Part shown: positions 26,225 through 34,600 of the stretch, one piece after another
Layout of the letters: every line of letters starts with the position of its first letter
Position numbering within the stretch: the first letter of the stretch is position 1
Source of the DNA: Phycisphaerales bacterium
Lineage (GTDB): Bacteria; Planctomycetota; Phycisphaerae; Phycisphaerales; SM1A02
Assembly: GCA_018882625.1 (NCBI GenBank)
Contig: VERO01000001.1
Location: forward strand, 1-36,401
DNA: 36,401 nt
Direction: 5' to 3'
Translations under genes and position numbers: made by a program
The notes under the pieces: generated by a model
Database searches by the model: none
What the model saw: the letters and a program-made list of their open reading frames with translations, nothing else
Told to the model about the DNA's origin: nothing

Positions 26225-26886
26225 GTGCGCAGGCTATTCCACCCAACCACCAGATGCACCATAGCTGCTGTCAGCACCACCGGCGCGACGATGTTCAAGA
26301 GTGGGATCGTGGCCGCGAACGCTGCGAGTGACCCGAAGAGCAGCAGGGGAGCTCGCCGCGCACGGATCATCGCATCTACCGACTCCGGGCTGCAGCGCCG
26401 CAGCCCCACCAGCTCCGCATACTCCTGCCCGAGCAGGAACCCGTTCACGACGTAGTAGGCGATCAGGTACACCGGCGGCACCACCAGCAGCGCCAGCATC
26501 AGCACATTGGCGACAACCAGTGTCAGGACGAGCCGAGTGCTGCGCCACACACCTGCCATCAGCGGCACGCCGGGGGCGGGCCCGAGCTTCGGATAGTGCC
26601 TGCGCTCCACTGCGGTTGCGATCGGCTCGAGGAACAGGCTGACGAGCGCCACCGCGACCGGGGGAAACAGGAACCACGTGACCAGGAGGGTGGCCATGCC
26701 GCCCGCCAGTGCGATGGCCCAATCAAGCCACGCGTTCTGCAGGAGCTGCAGCTTGACCAGCACGTAGGGGACCAGCCACAGCATCAGGCCGAACAGCATC
26801 GCCGCCAGGGCCATGCACCCGCCCAGCACGGCAAGCACCACGGGATCACCGAGCTGCCCGAACGCCCGAAGCACCGACTTCGTCAC
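26221..26886 (-). CDS. EI24 domain / CysZ-like ('sulfate transporter family') membrane protein
   Basis: With the GTG at 26886 the N-terminus reads TKSVLRAFGQLGDP, typical of this family. It has four or more transmembrane segments, plus ERRHYP and the C-terminal IPLLNIVAPVVLTAAMVHL. An alternative ATG lies at 27012. The track ORF runs on to 27333. Confidence 0.7.
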   Translation of the reverse strand: MTKSVLRAFGQLGDPVVLAVLGGCMALAAMLFGLMLWLVPYVLVKLQLLQNAWLDWAIALAGGMATLLVTWFLFPPVAVALVSLFLEPIATAVERRHYPKLGPAPGVPLMAGVWRSTRLVLTLVVANVLMLALLVVPPVYLIAYYVVNGFLLGQEYAELVGLRRCSPESVDAMIRARRAPLLLFGSLAAFAATIPLLNIVAPVVLTAAMVHLVVGWNSLRT

Positions 26887-27079
26887 GCTGAGCGTCTCGT
26901 GCAGTTGGTGCGTCGCGCGCTGGCTCAATCGGGGGAGAGCGTAGATCACGATGGGCACATGCGACTCGCGGCATGCTGCCTTGTGCCCATTTCCACGTGT
27001 ACCGCGGAGCATGGCCTCTTTACACTGATGCATGCACGGTGGCCGGCAGCAGCCGTCCGCCGAGCGATGGAATGCCCGC

Positions 27080-28933
27080 ATGAACCGCTCCGAGCCGTGG
27101 CCTGCACGCACACTGATTGCCGCGCTCGTCTCCCTCGCGTGCCTGTGGATGGATCGGGCGGGGCTCGCTACGGCTGACGCCCCTCCACCCGAAGTGCGAT
27201 TTGAGGTCGGCAACGTGTGGGAGGGCGGGTACGGGGCGAACATCCGCATCTGGAATCGAGGCCCTGCGCCCATCGTGGGATGGACACTCACGTGGGACCG
27301 TGGCCCGACCATCGCGAGCCTCTGGAACGGCACTCACTCCGTCGACGGCATCCATCACACGGTGCAGAATGCCGGGTGGAACGCGACCATCGCAGCTGGC
27401 GCCACAGTCACTCTCGGCTTCACCGGCGCGGGCACGATGACTGACAACGTCACGGACTGCCGGCTCAATGGCGCCCCCTGCGAAGTGACCTACGACCTTC
27501 CCCCAGGCTGGTCTGGCGGCGGCAGTGGCGACGGATCGGGTGGAGGCGGTGCACCGCAGGTCGAGCCGCGCGGCCCGTTCTGGTTCCCCGAGGACATCGA
27601 CGGCAACCGCACCGTCAATGGCGCAGACCTCGCGCAGGTGCTTGGCGCATGGGGCAGTTCAGGCACACCAGGTCCCGCGTTCGCGGCCGACGTCAATCGC
27701 GACGGTCGCGTGGATGCCGTGGATCTCGCCGGCATCCTTGCTGCGTGGGGACCGCTCCCGCCAGAGCGGGTCATCGTGGGCTACTGGATCGAGTGGGGCA
27801 TCTACGGCCGCAACTACCAGCCCGCGGACACTCCATTCGAGAAGATGACGCACCTGCACTATGCGTTCGCGAAGATCAACCCCGACTTCACGATTGCACC
27901 GTTCGACACCTATGCGGCGCTCGACCGCTTCTATCCGGGCGACTCCTGGAGCATGCCCTTCCGCGGCACGTACCGGCAGATCAACCAGGTGCTGAAGGCG
28001 CAGCACCCGCACCTGCGCACGCTCATCTCAGTTGGCGGGTGGACGCTGTCGGGTCCGTTCAGCGACGCCGCGCTCACGCCTGAGCGTCGCGCAACCTTCG
28101 CGCAGTCGTGCGTCGACTTCATCCGCACCTACGGGTTCGACGGCGTCGACATCGACTGGGAGTACCCGGTCTGCTGCGGCCTCGAGTCCAACACGTACCG
28201 CCCGGAGGACCGCGCCAACTTCACGCTGCTGCTGGCGGCAGTGCGCGAGCGGCTCGACGCCGCGGGTGCGGAGGACGGCAGGCACTACCTGCTCGCGATC
28301 GCTGCGCCTGCCGGCATCGACAAGATCTCCAACCAGGAGCCGCACCTCTACCACCCATCGCTCGACTACATGACCGTGATGACCTACGACCTCTTTGGCG
28401 CGTGGGACCTCACGATGACAGGCCACCAGGCAGGGGTGTCGCGCAACCCTGCGCAGGGCAACTCGTTCACGGCGGTGAACTACAACATCGAGACGGCGAT
28501 CGGCGCATACCTTGACGCAGGCGTCCCCGCGCACAAGATCGTGCCTGGAGTGCCCTTCTACGGGCGCGCATGGCGTGGCGTGCCGCCCACGAACCACGGT
28601 CTCTTTCAGCCGGCGACCGGCGTCCCGCCCGGCACGTGGGACGACTGGGCATCGGGCGCCACAGGGGTGAACGACTTCACGCAGATCCGCGCGTTGCTGC
28701 AGGGCGGCGACTATGTCAGGCACTGGGATCCTGTGGCGAAGGCTGCATGGGCGTACTCGCCCACGGCACATGGCGGCCACTTCATCAGCTACGACGACGT
28801 CGAATCGATCGCGGTCAAGGGCGAGCTGGTGCGCCAGCGTGGCCTTGGCGGCTTCATGTTCTGGGAAGTCACGGGCGACCGTGAGGAGATCCTTCTGGAT
28901 GCCCTTGTCGACGAGCTCGGAGGCCGCCGGTGA
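27080..28933 (+). CDS. Secreted GH18 chitinase with N-terminal CBM2 and an internal dockerin-like module
   Basis: Signal peptide MNRSEPWPARTLIAALVSLACLW. CBM2-like region 27191-27487. GH18 catalytic motif FDGVDIDWEYP (Glu codon 28160-28162), plus SVGGW, MTYD and GGFMFWE. Confidence 0.92.
   Translation: MNRSEPWPARTLIAALVSLACLWMDRAGLATADAPPPEVRFEVGNVWEGGYGANIRIWNRGPAPIVGWTLTWDRGPTIASLWNGTHSVDGIHHTVQNAGWNATIAAGATVTLGFTGAGTMTDNVTDCRLNGAPCEVTYDLPPGWSGGGSGDGSGGGGAPQVEPRGPFWFPEDIDGNRTVNGADLAQVLGAWGSSGTPGPAFAADVNRDGRVDAVDLAGILAAWGPLPPERVIVGYWIEWGIYGRNYQPADTPFEKMTHLHYAFAKINPDFTIAPFDTYAALDRFYPGDSWSMPFRGTYRQINQVLKAQHPHLRTLISVGGWTLSGPFSDAALTPERRATFAQSCVDFIRTYGFDGVDIDWEYPVCCGLESNTYRPEDRANFTLLLAAVRERLDAAGAEDGRHYLLAIAAPAGIDKISNQEPHLYHPSLDYMTVMTYDLFGAWDLTMTGHQAGVSRNPAQGNSFTAVNYNIETAIGAYLDAGVPAHKIVPGVPFYGRAWRGVPPTNHGLFQPATGVPPGTWDDWASGATGVNDFTQIRALLQGGDYVRHWDPVAKAAWAYSPTAHGGHFISYDDVESIAVKGELVRQRGLGGFMFWEVTGDREEILLDALVDELGGRR
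27191..27487 (+). other. CBM2-like carbohydrate-binding module (chitinase)
   Basis: EVRFEVGNVWEGGYGANIRIWNRGPAPIVGWTLTW...WNATIAAGATVTLGF...CRLNGAPCEV, with conserved Trp residues and a Cys pair near the end. Confidence 0.75.
27590..27754 (+). other. Dockerin-like duplicated module (copy 3 of 4, internal position)
   Basis: EDIDGNRTVNGADLAQVLGAWGSSGTPGPAFAADVNRDGRVDAVDLAGILAAWGP. It lies between the CBM2 and the GH18 domain. Confidence 0.8.
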
Positions 28934-31227
28934 GTGCCCGTGCTTCATGTGCGCTGGCCCCAGGGCCAGCCGCCATCGCGGTCGTGGCTCGTGCCGCATT
29001 GGCCGCGATCGGGGCATCGCTCTGCGGTGCATCCGCAGCGCCGGCCGCCGCAGCTACGCAGTCGTCCGTCGCCATCGAGTTTGCGCTCTCGAGCGCGTGG
29101 GACGGCGGCTTCGTCACCAACGTCCGCTTGCGCAATGATGGCACCACGACGGTGAACGGATGGACCCTTGCCTTCACGTGGTCTCCGCAGATCGTCTCGC
29201 ACTGGAACGCCATCCTCACCACCACGCCGACGGGCACGAGCTACCGGCAGGAGCTCACGCCGCTCGAGTGGAACTCCATGATCGCGCCGGGCGCGACGGT
29301 GACGGTGGGGTTCCAGGCCAACGGCACCTTCACGCCGACGGTCACGGCGTGCTCGGTCAACGGTGTGCCGGTCGTGCCCACGTACGTCAACAGCCCAGGC
29401 GGTGGCGGGGGCACGCCCATCGTCGAGATCGCCGGAGTGCCGGCGGCCGCTGACGCGTTCCGCATTCCAGGTGGCATGACGGCGCGCGCCCTTGCGCTCT
29501 CAAGCGGCGCCGATGTGAACGGCTGGAGCGTGCGCACCAACAATCCGCACGTGGTCCAGGTGTCAGTGGGCGCTGCTGCCGGTGGCGGCCACGAGCTGCG
29601 GCTCAGCGCGCTCGCGCCAGGCTTCGCGTCGGTCACGGTCGCCGACACCGGGTCCGGCGCATCACGCATCGTGGGCGTTGCGGTCGAGAGGCCCGATGCA
29701 TCGATGCCCGGGTTCCCTGCGTACCTCGCGCTTGGCAGCGTCAGCGAGGACATCGCCGCGCATCTCGACTACTTCCGCGGCTACGGGCCGGGTGCAGCCG
29801 GCGGAAGCCGCTTCGTCGACTTCCGCTACATCTACATCAACGGCGGCCCGGTGTCAGGATGGCGCACATGGACTGCAGTGCCCGGCGACCGTGCGCGCCG
29901 GTACGTGCGAGAGAGCAAGCGCCTGGGGATGATCCCGTGCTTTGTCTTCTACAACGTGCCTGACTCGGGGGAGAGCCTGCCGACCAACATTGCGCACCTC
30001 CATGACCCGCAGTACATGGCAGGCTACTGGCGCGACCTTGACCTCTTCTGCGATGTGGTGCGCGAGGAGACGGCGGACGGCTGGCCCGTGGCCGTGATCC
30101 TCGAGCCCGACTGCCTCGGGTACTTCGCGCAGGCGGGGTACTCGCCCGATACGCCGGCGATCGCCCCGCGCGTCGACATGGCGTACTCGACCGCAGGCTT
30201 CGACAGCAGTCCGATCCTCGCCGCAGGGGATCCGCGGTTCCCGAACTCCATCCCCGGACTCGTGCGCGCGATCAACCACATCCTGCGCCGCGACATCCCG
30301 TCGGTGCGCTTCGGGTGGCAGCTCAACCTGTGGGCCTCTCCGCCTGGCGGCTTCGCGGGAACGCCCATCCCGGGCAACGGCATTTGCCGGATGACGGACA
30401 TCTACGGCATTGCGGACGGTCGAATGCGCATCAGGGCAGAGGCGCGCGCGATCGCCGAGTGGTACGTCGCAGCGGGGGTGCTCGCTTCGAACGCAGACTT
30501 CGTCTCGATCGACAAGTACGGGCTTGACGCTGTGGGCGCGAACCCCGCGTGCGCCGCCGATCCTGCTGCCGGCCCATGGTTCTTCAACGCCGACCACTGG
30601 CACAACTACCTCGCGGTCGTGCGAAGCCTGCGTGAGGCCACCGATAGGCCCGTGGTGCTGTGGCAGATCCCGGTAGGACGGGTGAACTCGACCACCGATG
30701 TCGATCCTGCGGCAGGCGCTCCCTTCGCCCCGCTCGACAACTCGATCCAGCGCTACGAGGACAGCGCCACGACCTTCTTCTTCGGCGACACGTTTGACCC
30801 GGGCACGGCGACGCGGCGCGCGTGGTTCGCGACCAATGCTGGGCAGGATCCGAAGGTGAGCACGAGCGGCGCGCTCGTCACGTGGGGCGAGCACCTGAGC
30901 GATGCGCGGGATGTGGGCGCGATCGCGCTGCTGTGCGGTGCAGGCGTGGGCGCGAGCACCACGAACATCCCGCCCTCAAGCGGCATCTCGCAAGGACCGA
31001 CTGACGGCGGCTTCTGGATGAGGCGCGCAGAGCTCTACTACCTCGATCCGATCCCGCTCGATCCGCAGCCACCGGCGCCCGCCGACCTGAACGGCGATGG
31101 CCGCATCAACGGGCTCGACCTCGCGATGCTGCTCGCGGCGTGGGGAACGCCCGGCGCCGACATCGACGGCAACGGCACCTCAGACGGCGTAGACCTCGCG
31201 ATGGCGCTCGCGAGCTGGACGGGGTGA
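28930..31227 (+). CDS. Secreted CBM2-containing protein with an Ig-like linker, an uncharacterised (GH6-like?) catalytic core and a C-terminal dockerin-like module
   Basis: GTG at 28930 overlaps the chitinase stop (GTGA). The N-terminus is signal-like. CBM2-like region 29062-29373. The core contains AVILEPDCLG (30091-30120) and FVFYNVPDSGE (29941-29973), which recall the GH6 signature regions. The C-terminus is ADLNGDGRINGLDLAMLLAAWGTPGADIDGNGTSDGVDLAMALASWTG. Confidence 0.75.
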   Translation: MSARASCALAPGPAAIAVVARAALAAIGASLCGASAAPAAAATQSSVAIEFALSSAWDGGFVTNVRLRNDGTTTVNGWTLAFTWSPQIVSHWNAILTTTPTGTSYRQELTPLEWNSMIAPGATVTVGFQANGTFTPTVTACSVNGVPVVPTYVNSPGGGGGTPIVEIAGVPAAADAFRIPGGMTARALALSSGADVNGWSVRTNNPHVVQVSVGAAAGGGHELRLSALAPGFASVTVADTGSGASRIVGVAVERPDASMPGFPAYLALGSVSEDIAAHLDYFRGYGPGAAGGSRFVDFRYIYINGGPVSGWRTWTAVPGDRARRYVRESKRLGMIPCFVFYNVPDSGESLPTNIAHLHDPQYMAGYWRDLDLFCDVVREETADGWPVAVILEPDCLGYFAQAGYSPDTPAIAPRVDMAYSTAGFDSSPILAAGDPRFPNSIPGLVRAINHILRRDIPSVRFGWQLNLWASPPGGFAGTPIPGNGICRMTDIYGIADGRMRIRAEARAIAEWYVAAGVLASNADFVSIDKYGLDAVGANPACAADPAAGPWFFNADHWHNYLAVVRSLREATDRPVVLWQIPVGRVNSTTDVDPAAGAPFAPLDNSIQRYEDSATTFFFGDTFDPGTATRRAWFATNAGQDPKVSTSGALVTWGEHLSDARDVGAIALLCGAGVGASTTNIPPSSGISQGPTDGGFWMRRAELYYLDPIPLDPQPPAPADLNGDGRINGLDLAMLLAAWGTPGADIDGNGTSDGVDLAMALASWTG
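29062..29373 (+). other. CBM2-like carbohydrate-binding module (second protein)
   Basis: SSVAIEFALSSAWDGGFVTNVRLRNDGTTTVNGWTLAFTW...WNSMIAPGATVTVGF...ACSVNGVPV. Confidence 0.7.
31081..31224 (+). other. Dockerin-like duplicated module (copy 4 of 4)
   Basis: ADLNGDGRINGLDLAMLLAAWGTPGADIDGNGTSDGVDLAMALASWTG. Confidence 0.8.
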
Positions 31228-31290
31228 AGCGCGGTGGCCTTCCGTCTCGGCCGTGACATCCCATGACGGGCAAGCCGAAGTGAAGCGGAA

Positions 31291-31364
31291 TGGGCGATAC
31301 TGGATTCGAACCAGTGACCCCACGCGTGTGATGCGTGTGCTCTAGCCAGCTGAGCTAATCGCCC
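31291..31364 (-). tRNA. tRNA-Val: tRNA-Val (anticodon CAC)
   Basis: The reverse complement folds as a cloverleaf: acceptor GGGCGAT/ATCGCCC, D-arm GCTC-AGCTGGCTA-GAGC, anticodon arm CACGC-AT[CAC]AC-GCGTG, variable loop GGGTC, T-arm ACTGG-TTCGAAT-CCAGT, discriminator A. 74 nt; CCA is not encoded. Confidence 0.93.
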
Positions 31365-31621
31365 GCGAAGTCGGGAAGTTACCGCAAGTCGGTCTCCGGA
31401 TGGGTCGATTCGGGGGCTTGTCCTGTTCCCGATCCCTACTTATCGGTACCGACAATGGCACATTTCTCTCAAGTAACCCACGACTTCTGCTGCCTAGATT
31501 CAAAACTACTTCCGTGTCGCGAGCACGGGATTATGTTGAACAAGCTGCCTCCGTCCGTTTGCCGGAGGGGCAAGCCGGTCGTAGCGCCGGCGGTTTCGTT
31601 CCCTTGAGCCGGACTCCAGAG

Positions 31622-34600
31622 ATGTTCAGGACACCGCGCCAGCACCATCCATCAGGTAGTGAGTCGTCCTGGTGGGCGTGGTCGGTTCGGCGCCTCGCGG
31701 TAGGGCTCTTGGCGATCTCCGGTGCGTTCTCTGCATCGAGCGCTCCGTCAAGGGCCGACATCATCTTTGCAACCGGCAAGTCCACCGGGGACCTGATCCG
31801 CTACGACTCACAGGATCCTGTCGGCACGAGGACAGTGCTCGCGAGCGGAACGCTCAGCGCACCGTCTGCGCTCGCAATCGGGCCCGACGGCAACCTTTAC
31901 ATCGGGAATGCCGGCAACGGCACGACCATCGCTCCGTCGATCGTGCGACTTAGCGTGGGAACCGGCACGTTCACGACGGTCCACACATTCAGTTCGTACG
32001 ACATCGTTCCAGGCAGCATGGTGTTCCAGGGATCGGCACTACTTGTGGGTCGCGATCCCGACAGTGGCAATGCCGGTCCGGTTGTACGGTTGACGAACGT
32101 CACTGGTGGTACGGTTACCGTCAGCAACTACACGTCGGGCGGCAACCTCGTGAGTAGCCCAGGGCTCGCCATCGCGCCCGACGGGCGCCTCTACGTCAGT
32201 GATCAGACTTGGAACCTTCTCAGTTTGGTCGCAAGTGGCCCAGTCAAGCGGTTTGATGCTTCGGGCGCTTTCGTGGACGAGGTCATCGCCGACGGTGCCT
32301 CCGGACTTCAGGGTCCGGCTGGGATGGTGATCGGCGGCAACCAGCTGTTCACGGCGAGCTACATGAACGGCGGTGTACTTGCGACCAGCCTCGTCTCCGG
32401 GGCCACAACGAGCTTTGCCTCGGCGGGTGCGCCGTTTGAGGCGCGGGCACTCACGCTGCTCGCGGACGGCAGCCTGCTGGCCGGCTCCGGTGTCGATGGG
32501 TCGATTCGCCGCTTCGGCTCGGGTGGCGCGCTCCTTGAGACCTTCGCGACTGACATCGGGCCGATTGGCGGACTGGCTGCAGTCGTGCCGAATGGGCCAT
32601 CGGAATGCCCGAACGAGCCGGGCGCCGCGAGCATCTTCGTCGGAGTTGACTCGGACGGCGATGACTACTGCTCGACCGCGTCGGGCGGAACCGACTGTGA
32701 TGATGGGGCGAACGACGTATACCCCGGGGCTCCAGAGCTGTGCGGCAACGTGGGATTCAACAACGACTGCGACAACGCAGGAGCAAGTGATGACCAGACC
32801 CCATTTGTGCTGCATCGGGACGTGGACGGCGACGGGTACGGAGACGTCAATGTGTTCCATCCGCAGTTCGTCATTGATTGCGCGTCGAACTGGCCCGGTT
32901 ACGTCAACGACCGCAATGACTGCAACGACAACGACCGCTACGTCAACCCGAGTGCAGCAGAGATCTGCGACGGCATCGACAACAACTGCTCCAACAGCAT
33001 CGACGAGAACCAGTCGAACATCGACTACTACGCCGACACGGACGATGACGGCTTCGGGGCCGGCGCACGGGTAGGCAGCTTCTGCAGCGAGGCGGCGGCG
33101 CGGGTGCGCCTCAGCAACCCGACCGGCAACTACTCGACCACAAGCGATGACTGCGGTGCGAGCGACTCAGCGGTCTACCCGGGCGCGCCCGAGAACTGCG
33201 CGAACCTCGGCACGAACAACGACTGCGACGGCTACAACGACGAGACTGAGGTGATCGCGGCGGGGGCCGGCGACCTCCAGACCTTCTATGCGGATGCAGA
33301 CGGGGACGGCTACGGAAGCCAGTCGGATACCACGGGCTCCCCGTTCTGCAGCCGGCCCTCGGGCCGGTCAGCGACCAACAACGATTGCAATGACACCTAC
33401 GGCGCTGGCGCGCCCATTAACCCGGGCGCCGCCGAGACCTGCAACGGGATCGACGACGACTGCGATGGCACGGCTGACGACGGCCTGCCGTCGTCCGACT
33501 ACTACGTGGACGGTGATGACGATGGGTACGGCACGGGCACCTCGCTGGGCTCGTACTGCAGCGAGGCCGCCGCTCGGGTGCGCCTTGGCAATCCATCAGG
33601 CAACTATTCGACCCGCTCCACCGATTGCGCGGATGGGGATGCGGCTCGCAACCCGAGCGCCGCCGAGACTTGCAACGGCATCGACGACGACTGCGACAGC
33701 TCGCCTGATGACGGTCTTCCGTCGTCTGCCTACTACGTGGACGGTGATGACGACGGCTACGGCACGGGCACCTCGCTGGGCTCGTACTGCAGCGAGGCCG
33801 CCGCCCGGGTGCGCCTGGGCAATCCATCGGGCAACTACTCGACGGCAAGCACCGACTGTGACGACGCGAGCGCAGCGGCCCGGCCCGGCCTTCCCGAGAT
33901 CTGCGCCGACTACGGCACCGACAACAACTGCGATGGCGACCGCTACGACTACGACAACACGGCGCCGGACCTGATCCGGTTCCACCAGGACCTCGACGGC
34001 GACGGGTACGGCGTTGCCGGCGGATTCTCAGTTGAGGCGTGCGAGACTCCGGAGCCGGCCAACCGCTGGGCGACCCGCACCGGCGACTGCAACGACTCCT
34101 ACGCCTACATCAGCCCGCTCGGCGCCGAGGTCTGCGACAGCTACAGCACGGCGCGCGACGAGGACTGCGACGGATACGCAGACGACCTAGATACGGCCGG
34201 TGGCGCCTCGGGCAAGGTGGACTACTTCACCGATACCGACGGCGACGGCTACGGCACCGGCAGCGCGCAGTCGCGATGCGACCAGCCGGCCAGTACATCT
34301 GCGTTTGCGGGTGACTGCAACGACTCCTACGCCTACATCAGCCCGGTCGGCACCGAGGTGTGCGACAGCTACAGCACGGCGCGCGACGAGGACTGCGACG
34401 GCTACGCCGATGACCTCGATGCGCAGGCCAGCTCGATCGGCAACCGCTCCACGTGGTACCGCGATTCTGACAGCGACGGCTACGGCGCGCTCAACGTGAC
34501 GGCCGAGCGCTGCGATGCCGGGACGGGCTCGGACGGCTACTCGTACATCGCCAACAGCACTGACTGCGACGACACGAACGCCGCGCGCGATCCGGGCAAC

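Noticed and set aside
18026-31227. Calling the region a cellulosome locus.
   Set aside because: There is no cohesin or scaffoldin gene in the window. The cargo set is chitinase, lipase-like and unknown proteins rather than cellulases. The organism type (PEP-CTERM, very high GC) differs from known cellulosome producers. Only the dockerin-like module is supported.
31228-31290. A possible hairpin (GGTGGCC...GGCCGTG) after the CBM2/GH6-like gene as an intrinsic terminator.
   Set aside because: The stem is only 4 Watson-Crick pairs plus 2 G-U wobbles, and there is no U-tract. This is too weak to report as a feature.
31228-31440. The tRNA-Val as an integration site of a genomic island or prophage.
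   Set aside because: I saw no integrase, no excisionase and no obvious direct repeat of the tRNA 3' end. The compositionally atypical DNA lies on the 5' side of the tRNA rather than downstream of its 3' end, where tRNA-targeting islands normally sit.
31400-31621. An upstream in-frame ATG at 31400 as the start of the giant gene, which would add 74 codons.
   Set aside because: The added peptide (MGRFGGLSCSRSLLIGTDNGTFLSSNPRLLLPRFKTTSV...) lies in the low-GC stretch, has no signal-like character and would bury the hydrophobic signal segment. It is kept only as an alternative.
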